Assembly: GCA_002269645.1 (NCBI GenBank)
Contig: NIVC01001372.1
Span: 62,001-126,000 of the forward strand
Direction: 5' to 3'
Length of the DNA stretch: 64,000 nucleotides
Source: Macrostomum lignano
Taxonomy: Eukaryota
Shown: in pieces, positions 12,888 through 24,439 of the stretch
Position numbering within the stretch: the first letter of the stretch is position 1
How the letters are laid out: each line of letters starts with the position of its first letter
Notes under the pieces: generated by a model
The model's input: only the letters and a program-made list of their open reading frames with translations
Told to the model about the DNA's origin: nothing
Database searches by the model: none
Made by a program: the position numbers and the translations under genes

Positions 12888-12991
12888 AATAGTACATTAA
12901 TACCCATGCTTTGCGGGCGTTAATGAGAAATCCTCGGGCGCCTCTGATTTTCCCATTAACGCCCTTAAATCATGGGTATTAATGTACTATT
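12888..12991. mobile_element. 104-bp foldback element (MITE-like hairpin)
   Basis: Perfect 21-bp inverted repeat aatagtacattaatacccatg / catgggtattaatgtactatt, extending imperfectly to about 45 bp per arm. Confidence 0.7.
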
Positions 12992-13039
12992 AAAAGGCAA
13001 GAATAAGTGCCCAGCGGGCACAAAGGTCATGGTACAATA

Positions 13040-13752
13040 TAGCTTCTGGCAGCCCATTTGGGCCTATACGCGCATTTAATTTAATCCAAGATACGTTTGC
13101 CAATGCAACGGAGCTTTTGTCTATGGTAGCAAGGCTGGCACAGAAGCATTTAGTTTGGTCCAACAAGCATCAATTTGGTCCATAGCTTCATTTGAAATTG
13201 CTGCGGAGGAGCAAGATCAGCCCCAGATTTGTGGACCGTATGCTAGGCTTTTGAACGAATGCCAGAGGTGAACACCCAAAGGACACTGCAAGGTTGCTGA
13301 ATGTACTCGTAAAAGAAAAGATGGTTTGCAGCATCCATCAGCGCGTTGAAACTCTGCTGTCAGAGATTGCCTGCGAGGCCTGTGGAAACCGCAAAGGCAA
13401 GGTGCTCGAGAGTATCAGGTCCAACTGCTACTCGATGCAATTGAGACGAAACCTTTGTTGACGTTGCAGGAAATGTAGCAGCATTTGAAGGAACAGTTCC
13501 GTTTGGTTATCAGATTTGGACTATCAGCAGAGCTCTGGAAAAGCGACTGAAAATTGTTGGTAGAGAGGCTGACATTCCAGCGGTACGCAACAACCTGCAG
13601 ACGGTTGCGGAGAGGCAAGAGCTTGCCCAATGGCTCACGAGCGTTCGGACCCAATTGATGCTTGTTGGACCAAATTGAATGCCGCTGTGGCAGGCCAACG
13701 TATCTTGGATTAAATTCAATGCACCTAGGCCCAAATGGGCTGCAAAAAGCTA
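13040..13752 (+). mobile_element. Internally deleted IS630-Tc1-mariner family element with long imperfect TIRs
   Basis: TIRs tagctt..gcagcccatttgggcct..aatttaatccaagatacgtt and ttggtccaacaagcatcaatt, both ends in TATA context. Internal frameshifted fragments LLLDAIETKPLLTLQEM and TISRALEKR..P.VRNN.QT..ERQ resemble the helix-turn-helix N-terminus of IS630/Tc1 transposases. No DDE domain. Confidence 0.65.
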
Positions 13753-14609
13753 TATTAAAAAGAACAATAACAACACAAGCATAAAGTCATGCAGCTACGC
13801 AGGTGTTTTATTCAGACTGGTGACAGAGTGTGCACCGTGGTTCAATTCAGTTACTGCAGCAATTCTTTCCTCAAAAGCCTTCCTTCGCAAAGGCCTCGAA
13901 GAACAATTCAGCATTTGATGTTTATTTTAGCTCAAATTTCAAACAGTCGAGTATTATAGGGCTTGTGATTATCACGCAGTTGTGCTCGGGGAGTCAGCAT
14001 AGATTGGCTTCAAAATTTTGCACACCACAGAAATGACAGTCATGCAACAAATTTATAGATAGAATAAATATAGATGAGATAGAATAGCAGGCTCCTGGGG
14101 GGAAAAAGTAAAACAGCAACACGATACGGGACAGACACAGAGTTAACTGAAATAAGTAAAATAAAACTTGAATATTTGATTTTAATTTCGCAAACGAGAC
14201 GAATTCGTGAAAGATCTTGCTTCGACATAAATTTAGCAGTGTGTGTGTGCGCGCAAGGCTCTCGTAACGGAAGCATTCGGACACCGCAAGAAAATGTTTG
14301 ACCAACATACAGTACACAGCATTGGAGCGCACAATTTTATAGGAACACAAAAATTGTTTAGTTTGGAAAATAAATAAATAGACAAATAATAACTCTACGC
14401 CGTTGGACAAAAAGAGTAGGCCTGGGGGATTTTAGAAAAAGTTTTAGCGACAGAAGCGACGCGGAAAGACCGATTCGAATTGCGTTTTTTTATTCTTTGC
14501 TGACAGCTCAAAATTCGGCGAGCTTGACTTCTCTGACATTTCACCTCGGGACAAGGGGGGTCAGGTCAGGCATGGCGGTCAAGCAGAGGTGACGTAACTT
14601 CTCAATTAG

Positions 14610-15270
14610 GACGTGCGTCATGACACTAGGGTCAGATGAAGGTCATGACTCTAGGGTCAGATGAAGGTCACGACACTAGGGTCAGATGAAGGTCATGACT
14701 CTAGGGGCAGTTGAAGGTCATGACTCTTGGGTCAGATGATGGTCATGACTCTAGGGTCAGATGAAGGTCATGACTCTAGGGTCAGATGAAGGTCACGACA
14801 CTAGGGTCAGATGAAGGTCATGACTCTAGGGGCAGTTGAAGGTCATGACTCTTGGGTCAGATGATGGTCATGACTCTAGGGTCAGATGAAGGTCATGACT
14901 CTAGGGTCAGATGAAGGTCATTACTCTAGGATCAGATGAAGGTCATTACTCTAGGGTCAGATGATGGTCATGATACACACTAGGGTCAAATGATGGTCAT
15001 GATACACACTAGGGTCAGATTATGGTCATGATACACACTAGGGTCAAATGATGGTCATGATACACACTAGGGTCAAATGATGGTCATGATACACACTAGG
15101 GTCAGATGATGGTCATGATACACACTAGGGTCAGATGATGGTCATGATACACACTAGGGTCAGATGATGGTCATGATACACACTAGGGTCAGATGATGGT
15201 CATGATACACACTAGGGTCAGATGATGGTCATGATACACACCAGGGTCAGATTATGGTCTTAACTCTAGG
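14610..15270. repeat. Compound minisatellite, 25-bp then 29-bp units (ctagggtcagatgaaggtcatgact / atgatacacactagggtcagatgatggtc)
   Basis: Visible units. Copy B (36810-37655) has a different unit count. Confidence 0.9.
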
Positions 15271-16454
15271 ATCAGATAGTGATAGGACAGAGAACAATGG
15301 ATTAAGGCATTAGAGTTAACGAGGGCACCTGACCCTATCCCAAACCGGCAAAGATGTCAGAGCAAAGTCAGTCATATTCACAAAGTGGAAGCAGTGGCCG
15401 CAGCCAAATTGAACTTCAAAACTACTTGTTAAACGGATATCACAATATTTATAACAATAGTAATGACATCGGCAGAAACTTGGCAGACTAATTAAACAGA
15501 AACAAATTAATTTATACGGTTATTTAATAACCTTGCAAGCACGCCATTTCACTTTAGAGAATGGGGGTCCCAGTAAACAGGTACATTGCGAGCAGGTGTG
15601 CTAGATTAATGCATATCTATATACGCTCGTATATATATGTGTTTAAATAGCATATCATATTTATATAATGAATAGTGACTTTAAATAAATAATAATATAT
15701 TATCAATTCGCTCTTTTTATTTATACAAAATCAGGTGACAAAAATGTGAGAATGAGATCGATTAACAAGCGGACAAGCAAATAATAAAAATTATAATAAT
15801 ATTCTATAAATTATGATAAACAAAGCAAATTTATTGACTATTAATTTAAATAATTTAAATCAATTCATCAATAATTACAGACAGATGAAAGGCCAAACAA
15901 ACTTGCAGACAGAAAGATAGATAGGCGGAAGCAGAAATCAAGCGAGAGAAAAAAAAGCAAGCGGAAGCAAAAAAGCCCAACTAAAAAAATTATCTAACTT
16001 TTTTGTTAATATGTTTAGGCATTTAGCAGCTGACTATTACATACAGGAAATACCTTGTCACATGTCCCAGCTGTGTTTGCTTTCATATTAATCTGAACAA
16101 AAAAACTGTGTAGAGCAAATAGAATGAATGAGCAGACTGACTGACTGAATCAGAATCAAGGTCGGAGAGAAACTGCAACAATGAAAAATAAAATACTACA
16201 TAGGCAAAAACACATTCTTTAAAAGACTTAATTTTGTGTAACAATAATGTAGATGCGGTATTTAGTTAAAAATCTATTCAGGGAAAGATACATGGAGATA
16301 ATTACTTTACCATTGGCAATAAATTAATTTTAAAAATTTTTTTCAATAGTATTCGATTTTTTTCTTCTAAATAAGTGGACACAAAAGGACGAAGAAACGG
16401 CATAGCAACTGCATAGCAACCACTTAGTAATTGCATACTTAGCAACCTACGAGA

Positions 16455-16845
16455 AGCAACCGCTAAGCGACGGCTTAGCAACAACCTAGCAATGGCTTAG
16501 CAACAAACTAGTAATGGCTTAGCAACACCTAGCAACCGCTTAGCGACGGCTTAGCAACAACCTAGCAATGGCTTACCAACAACCTAGCAATGGCTTACCA
16601 ACAACCTAGCAACCGCTTAGCGACGGCCTAGCAACAACCTAGCAACCGCTTAGCGACGGCTTAGCAAGTACCTAGCAATGGCTTAGCAACAACCTAGCAA
16701 CCACTTAGCGACGGCCTAGCAACAACCTAGCAACCACTTAGCGACGGCTTAGCAACTACCTAGCAACCGCTTAGCGACGGCTTACCAACTACTTAGCAAT
16801 GGCTTAGCGACGGCTTAGCAACTACCTAGCAACATCTTAGCTACT
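16455..16845. repeat. Minisatellite, 11/22-bp units (cttagcaacaacctagcaatgg), 3' of the AFF-like stop
   Basis: Visible units, duplicated at 38845-39235. Confidence 0.9.
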
Positions 16846-16864
16846 GCATGGCAACCGATCCAAA

Positions 16865-19800
16865 TCAAGCGTCCGGCCAGGCGACATCAACAGCCGTGTG
16901 CAAATAGCACAACAGGTGACTAAATCGATCAGCTGGTCCGCTAGGAGACACACCGCACCGCCGAGTGACTTCCTCTTCTAAAGTTTGCAGCTGCGGAGTG
17001 TCCTGGCGCATTTTCTGACGCAGGCGAGTCATGAGCCGCCAGGTCTCGTCGGCTTGGTACAGAAGCAGCAGGCGCTCGATGCACGGACTCTGCTGATCGC
17101 TGGGCAATCGGCCGGCTTTGAAAGCAGAGCTGCTGGCGGCGAGCTCCGGTCTGAGTGGAAATGGAAGGTGAAAAATTTGAATAGTAGAAGTTCTGAAGGA
17201 TCTGAGGAGGATTGCAGAGGTCCCTGAAGGATCTGAGGGGAATTGCAGAGGTCCCTGAAGGATCTGAGGGGAATTGCAGAGGTCCCTGAAGGATCTGAGG
17301 GGGATTGCAGAGGTCCCTGAATTGGATCTGAGGGGGGTTGCAGAGGTCCCTGAAGGATCTGAGGGGAATTGCAGAGGTCCCTGAATTGGATCTGAGGGGG
17401 ATTGCAGAGGTCCCTGAAGGATCTGAGGGGGATTGCAGAGGTCCCTGAAGGATCTGAGGGGGGTTGCAGAGGTCCCTGAAGGATCTGAGGGGGATTGCAG
17501 AGGTCCCTGAAGGATCTGAGGGGATTGCAGAGGTCCCTGAAGGATCTGAGGGGATTGCAGAGGTCCCTGAAGGATCTGAGGGGGATTGCAGAGGTCCCTG
17601 AATTGGATCTGAGGGGGATTGCAGAGGTCCCTGAAGGATCTGAGGGGAATTGCAGAGGTCCCTGAAGGATCTGAGGGGATTGCAGAGGTCCCTGAATTGG
17701 ATCTGAGGGGGATTGCAGAGGTCCCTGAAGGATCTGAGGGGGATTGCAGAGGTCCCTGAAGGATCTGAGGGGGGTTGCAGAGGTCCCTGAAGGATCTGAG
17801 GGGGATTGCAGAGGTCCCTGAAGGATCTGAGGGGAATTGCAGAGGTCCCTGAAGGATCTGAGGGGATTGCAGAGGTCCCTGAAGGATCTGAGGGGGATTG
17901 CAGAGGTCCCTGAATTGGATCTGAGGGGGATTGCAGAGGTCCCTGAAGGATCTGAGGGGAATTGCAGAGGTCCCTGAAGGATCTGAGGGGATTGCAGAGG
18001 TCCCTGAATTGGATCTGAGGGGGATTGCAGAGGTCCCTGAATTGGATCTGAGGGGGATTGCAGAGGTCCCTGAAGGATCTGAGGGGGGTTGCAGAGGTCC
18101 CTGAAGGATCTGAGGGGGATTGCAGAGGTCCCTGAAGGATCTGAGGGGGATTGCAGAGGTCCCTGAAGGATCTGAGGGGATTGCAGAGGTCCCTGAAGGA
18201 TCTGAGGGGATTGCAGAGGTCCCTGAAGGATCTGAGGGGATTGCAGAGGTCCCTGAATTGGATCTGAGGGGATTGCAGAGGTCCCTGAAGGATCTGAGGG
18301 GATTGCAGAGGTCCCTGAAGGATCTGAGGGGATTGCAGAGGTCCCTGAAGGATCTGTGGGGATTGAAGAGGTCCCTGAAGGATCTGAGGGGGATTGCAGA
18401 GGTTTTAGCCTAGTGTTTAGAGAGTCGAACTCACGACTCTAAAAGGTCGGGGGTTCGATTCTAAACCACTTGGAATTATTTGTATCCTTGAGCAAGACAC
18501 TTAACTCTCCATTGCTTGCATCGGGGTGACTCTGGGGTGATTGAGGGTGTGTGCGGCGACCCACCCCCCCCTCCCCAACAAATCCTTGGACTGAACAGCC
18601 GTGCGCAGCTTAATGCTTCACTACTAGTCATAAAAAATAAGAACTGTGTAAAATGTATCGCACTTTTTGAAAGTCGCCAGTTACTAGCTGACTGATTAGG
18701 AGGGCCAAGGCAAAAAACAAGATTTCGATTTTCGAACCGGAAATCTTTCTTTCCCCACCCAGGCACAGTTTGGGCAGAAATAAGAAAAAACTGCCAATCT
18801 AATCAGAATTTTTTTGGCTAGGTCTGTACAGTACTGCTCTGAGTTTTTTTTTAAGACAGATCATGCAGTTCCTACGGAAACTACCAAAACAATTTATATT
18901 ATCCAGATATCTTGCGGTCCAGACTAGGTACTGGGGAAGCGGGATATGGGATTCCGGAACTTGGATTTGGGATTCAGGAACTGGGATTTAGGATTCGGGA
19001 ACTGGGATGTGGGATTCGGGAACTGGGATTAGGGATTCAGGAACTGGGATTTGGGATTCAGGAACTGAGATTTGGGATTAAGTAACTGGGATTTGGGATT
19101 AAGAAACTGGGATTTTAGATTCGGGAATGGGGACTTGGGATTCGGGAACTGGGATTTAGGATTCGGGAATTGGGATTTGGGATTAAAAAACTGGTAATTG
19201 GTATTCGGGAACTGGGATTTGGGATTCGGGAACTGAGATTTGGGATTGAGGTACTGGGATTTAGGATCCAGGAATTAGGATTTAAGATTCAGGAACTAGG
19301 ATTTGGGATTCGAGAACTGGGATTTGGGATTTGAGAGCTGGGATTTGGGATTCAGGAACTGGGATTTGGGATTAAGAAACTGGGATTTGGGATTTGAGAG
19401 CTGGGATTTGAGATTCGGGAACTGGAATATGGAATTCGGGAACTGGAATTGGGGATTCGGGAACTGGGATTTGGGATTTGAGATTCGGGAACTGGAATAT
19501 GGAATTCGGGAACTGGGATTGGGGATTCGGGAACTGGGATTTGGGATTTGAGATTCGGGAACTGGAATATGGAATTCGGGAACTGGGATTGGGGATTCGG
19601 GAACTGGGATTTGGAAAATTGAAGCATTGAATACAGAAGCTAATGAATAACAGCCTCACCTATAGCAGCAGAACTGTCTGTAATCCACAATAGATTTAAG
19701 CATTAGGAAGCACAGTTCAACCAAACAGCCGCTGGCCTTGGAGCCACCGACAGCAACCGAACCCGACCCGGAATTAGACGTTGAATTAGAAACCGGACTG

Positions 19801-22800
19801 CCGCCGTGGCGCTCGTGAAATACCCGAATAAAATGTCGAATAAATTGCGATATCTCGTGATAAGTTCGCTTAGTGCTGCCATTGTCAGAGCCTGGACTGC
19901 GACGCTCTTCAACGGCCCAGCAACCAGCAAGGAACAGCACGCTAGCCAATAGGAAATGCCGCTTAGCGTTCGAGTCCACATCGGCACCTGCCGACGCAGC
20001 TGTGGTCGAAGAGTTGCCAGCCAAATTGCCAGTCGTAGGTCGGCGACCTCGAATAGCGGCATCGACGCGCTGTTTGAGATCGCGAGCCCGACGGAACAGG
20101 GATTCGAAAGATTCAGCAAGCCACTGACGCTCCAGTGTGCTGGGCAGGGTGACAGGAACAGCAGCAGTTGATGACAGAGGCTGAGCAGCAGCCGAGTTCA
20201 ACAACAGATTGGAAGCTCCATTCGACGAGGCGCCAGCGCCGGAATCTGCGGCGATTTGCACCGGCGGCACGGCAGCTGTCGGCCGACTTGGCGGCGGCGC
20301 CTCCTCGGTCTGGGTGGCGCGCTGTTCGCGCTTTTGTCTACGCGGCGGCGAACGCGACGACGCGCGGCCGCTGCTGCAGTTGTTGAACAATAGCATTTAA
20401 ACTGGTACGCGGAGCAGCAGGCCGCCAGCGTGCAGAGGCGGCTGGCTCAATCGGGCTCGCTTGTCGCCGAAGGCGGCGACATTGGCTGTTCAACTTCGTC
20501 ATCTTGCCAGCCGCGGCGCGCCGAATCGAATCGGGAGTCCCGACGTTGGAATTTCCTGGATTCTCCTCGTTGGAATTCCCGGGATTCTCTTCGTTGGAAT
20601 TCCCGGGATTCTCCTTGTTGGAATTTCCGGGATTCACTTTGGTGGAATTCCCGGGATTCACCTCGAAATTCCCGGGATTCCCTTGGTTGGAATTCCCGGG
20701 ATTCCCTCCGTTGGAATTCCCGGGATTCACCTCGTTGGAATTCCCGGGATTCACGGCGACGGAATTCCCTTGAATCTCTAGAATCGTCTCTTCGAAATTC
20801 CCGGGATTCACCGCGACGCGAATCGCCGGACTCTCGACGTCGGGAATTACCCCGGCGGAATTCCCATTCCCAGGAATCGTCTCGGCGATGGCTTTGATAA
20901 TCTCGACGCGACTCTCTGGAACGATGGTCGCGTTGAAACGCCCGGGATTCCCTGCCAGAATTATGCCGCGAACCTCTAGACTGCGAACGATCCCGACGTC
21001 GGTCCCAGCTCGACAACGACCTGTCGCTCGGCCACTGCCTTGGCGATTGTCCACGCGTTGCTGGGGACGAATCTTCGCATTTCACTGCCGGAGCCTCGGG
21101 CAGCGGCGAATCTGTCTGGCTGAGAAAATCGGCGCACAACGAATCCCAAGGTGGCGACGCTCCGCTGACGCCGTTGCCGCCGCCAACGCTGTCAATCGTG
21201 CCGGACGAATAAGGAAAAGTTTCGTACTGAGTAAACGACCCGTAGCCGCTCTCCAATTCGACGCTTAGTCGACGCTCAACTGCTGGCTTCTTCTTTTTGA
21301 TGACTTCCGCTTCTGTAATCAATTGCTGCGACGTCGCGGACGGCAGCGGCGGCGGCGGAGGTGGCGGCGGCGGCGGCGGCGGCGAAGCTGGCAGCTCTTC
21401 GTCGCCAAACAAAGACTGGAAGATTTGCAATTTATTGTTTGATTTAACTGTAGCTTTTGCTCGCTCGATTTAAGCAGCCTCCAGACTGGAGTCGATCGGC
21501 GTGGCGGCGCGCGAATCGACCAGAGGAGAGACGCAAGGTATGGTGGCGTCATCAGCGGAGTCCACATCCGGGTTCGGGTGCCGCCGAACGCCGTCTAGCG
21601 GTTCGAGGGCCGGCCCGTCGCCGCCAATTAAGTGGACCGCGCGACGAAAAAAGTTCAAGCATTTCTGCACGCTTGGTGCGTCCTTGCTGCCGTTGCTAAC
21701 GGAGACGGGATTTTTCGACGATGCTTTTGCTTCTTACGGTGCTGCTGCGGCAGATCTGGAGTGCTGTCTGACTGCGCATCTTGCCGCTTATCGCCGCTGG
21801 CGCCGGCTTGAAGTGCCCGGCCGGTCACCCAGGCGCTGATGCTGCCGCTAACCGGGTTGCTGTTCCCCGGCCCGTCCTCGTTAACCGCTTGGCAACGATT
21901 CGAACTTTTCGAATAGGACGACCCCGACAACAAAGCTGATGATGATGATGAGGCAGTTTTGGCAATTGAATTGGCGGAAACTGACGCTGAGGTTGAAGCG
22001 GAATGAGACGAGACAGTTCTAGTTGCGGTAGAAGACGAGCACAGAGCGCTGGATGTTGAGCAACTCGTGCTGGAACGTGCCTCCGCTGCACTACCGGTGC
22101 CGGGACGCCTGCATATGAAGGACGGGAATTACGTGGGTGAAGGGGCTTTACTGTGTGAACGCTGCACTACCGAAAGCAGACGATGAGTTGCTCGTGATCT
22201 TTTAGGGGAACCTCAGCTACCCTTTCCATGATCCTTTAGGGGCACCTTAGCTACCCTTTCCATGATCCTATAGGGGCACCTTAGCTACCCTTTCCATGAT
22301 CCTTTAGGGGCACCTTAGCTACCCTTTCCATGATCCTTTAGGGGCACCTCAGCTACCCTTTCCATGATCCTTTAGGGGCACCTTAGCTACCCTTTCCATG
22401 ATCCTTTAGGGGTACCTTAGCTACCCTTTCCATGATCCTTCAGAGGCACTTCAGCAACCTTCGTATTAGTCCACTAAGATGGCCGTGACCACCAGCTCCT
22501 TAAGCAACTTCATGAATACTTCTTACACAAAGTTTCAGAGCACAACAGGAAATCAAAAGCAAGCAATTAAGAACAGTATTAAAAAGTTGAATTTTTTAAA
22601 ACGGACAAGTTAGCAGAGGCAGTACCAGAGTGCGCAGTCACCAGCGCACGTTTTTTTATGTCTTTATGCTTTACTACATAAAGTAATAAACTTTTTTGTT
22701 AATCTACCCACATTGAATTACACTTTACCATTTTTCAACTAAACAGAATACAGTTCCTTTATAAAAAGCATGTTGTTGTTTTAATTGACTTTAGAAGAAG

Positions 22801-24439
22801 AAAAAGCATTTCAAGTATTGAATGAATTAAGTGACAGTCTCACCACTGTGGATTAGGTAGATACGAATAAAAGAATATTTATTAAGAGAGTACACTTACC
22901 ACTGTACAGAAGCGGACTACTGTACGCTTACATTCAACTGCCTATAGTCTCTTTATGTTTCCTTACTTTATTTAACAACGAGACGAGAAAAAAATGCAAC
23001 TATAAATTTATGCGCGAGCCCTGTAACTGAGGCCACCACAATCTGTGCTCTACCCTTGGCCTTTCTCACTCTTCTCTCCGTAGTTAATCTGCAAACTGCA
23101 AGATTGTAGTCAACAACTAGACAGCGGAGTTATACATATATTAGCTTACTTAAACTACACTCATGCGGCCAAAAAAAGAACTGGCAGTGACATAATTTGC
23201 GTATCTTATGTTTATGCGCTAGCACTTCTCTTCTAAGAAAGATATTTTCGTTTTTTATAAATTAAAAACGAAAAAAATTCTCGCAGGTGTCCGATGAAAA
23301 GATCTTGCTTAAATAAATAAATTCTCTTTGTGTCTAAGCAATTCCAAATTGTGAGGGTCCTGCTTCCGCGTTTTTGGCTATTAGAGAAAGAAAATAATTG
23401 AGCAGTTCTAGCATTGCGATTAGTACAGAAGGATAGACAGGGGGAGGGGAGATAAAGAGAAAGGGAGGGGAGATAAGGAGAAGGGAGGGGAGATAAGGAG
23501 AGGGGTGGGGAGATAAGGAGAAGGGGTGATAAGGAGAGGGGGGAGATAAGGAGAGGGGGGAGATAAGGAGAAGGGAGGGGAGATAAGGAGAGGGGGTGAT
23601 AAGGAGAGGGGGAAGATAAGGAGAGGGGGTGATAAGGAGAGGGGGTGATAAGGAGAGGGGGTGATAAGGAGAGGGGGTGATAAGGAGAGGGGGTGATAAG
23701 GAGAGGGGGGAGATAAGGAGAGGGGGGAGATAAGGAGAAGGGAGGGGAGATAAGGAGAGGGGTGGGGAGATAAGGAGAAGGGAGGGGAGATAAGGAGAGG
23801 GGGAAGATAAGGAGAGGGGTGATAAGGAGAGGGGGTGATAAGGAGAGGCGGTGATAAGGAGAGGGGGAGATAAGGAGAGGGGGAGATAAGAAGGGAGGGG
23901 AGATAGATAACTCTATTCTAGAGGCACTGTGAGACAAGTAAAGAGAGTTACGATTAGGAAGACTGAGACAGAGGGTGAAAATAAAATGAGGGAATTAGAG
24001 GGCCGAAGCGGAGAGGGATATGAAGAGAAGTGCCAGGCACAAAAAAAATAAATGGTCACACTGAATAGCCTAGAGCAATCCAAATTAGTCTAAATAATGT
24101 AATTTTTTATTTAAGCCAAATCCCTTTCAAGAATGCAAATAATTATCACCTGTCAGTAGACGTGAACAGCGGCCATTGGAGCAGATCAGATGAGCAGCTG
24201 GTATGAGACTGGGCGGGGCGCTGCTGAGCAGGCAGTTGATTACTGCCTGACTACCTGCTCAGTTGCTGAGGCGGGGGCAGCTGCTTCGGACTAAGCTTCG
24301 GCGCCGCGCCAGGATAAACTTTATCAATAGTAACATTATTAGCGCTGCACCTGTCAATAACTGATTTATGATCGCCGAAAATTTCTCGCATACGCTGACT
24401 CAAATTGTTTTTCCAGACCTCATCGTCTGCTGCTGACAT
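16865..24439 (-). CDS. AFF4: AF4/FMR2 family (AFF/lilliputian-like) transcription elongation scaffold, copy A. Exons about 24439-24150 (or -24255), 22108-19660 and 17150-16865. Frame-disrupted, possibly a pseudogene.
   Basis: N-terminal LSQRMREIFGDH resembles the AFF LSSRIQ.MLG.Y motif. The C-terminal homology domain is recognisable (LFRRARDLKQRVDA, FLLASVLFLAGCWAVE, YHEISQFIR, LVELCFLMLKSIVDYRQF, LLYQADETW). Phase-2 splice junctions are consistent. The gene symbol is family-level only. Confidence 0.7.
17200..18402. repeat. Intronic minisatellite, 30-33-bp unit (gcagaggtccctgaaggatctgagggggatt)
   Basis: Visible units. All but about one unit is absent from copy B. Confidence 0.95.
18406..18560 (+). 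mobile_element. tRNA-derived SINE-like element with a CORE/V-like domain
   Basis: A-box-like tagcctagtgtttag, stem agagtcg/cgactct, B box gggttcgattc (18451-18461). These are followed by tgtatccttgagcaagacacttaac, similar to the conserved SINE motif TGTGACCTTGGGCAAGTCACTTAAC. Confidence 0.6.
18945..19615. repeat. G-tract minisatellite, about 7/21-bp period (gggattcgggaactgggattt), fits G-quadruplex consensus
   Basis: Runs of GGG separated by 4-nt loops. Absent from copy B. Confidence 0.9.
22200..22445. repeat. Intronic minisatellite, 34-bp unit (tttaggggcaccttagctaccctttccatgatcc)
   Basis: Seven visible units, duplicated at 42075-42320. Confidence 0.95.
23440..23900. repeat. Purine-rich minisatellite (gataaggagagggggga variants)
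   Basis: Visible. Copy B (43310-43815) differs in length and unit order. Confidence 0.9.

Noticed and set aside
18406-18470. Functional tRNA gene
   Set aside because: The acceptor stem cannot be formed, the anticodon loop is irregular, and a SINE-type body follows.
20397-20403. Slippery heptamer T TTA AAT as a programmed -1 frameshift site
   Set aside because: The shift it would give leads into a frame that closes near 20216, not into the conserved C-terminal domain frame.
16865-24439. Ciliate-type code (TAA/TAG = Gln) to explain the AFF in-frame stops
   Set aside because: MPDU1 and ATG4 end in TAA in the same window. TGA stops still force two frame changes even with TAR read as Gln.
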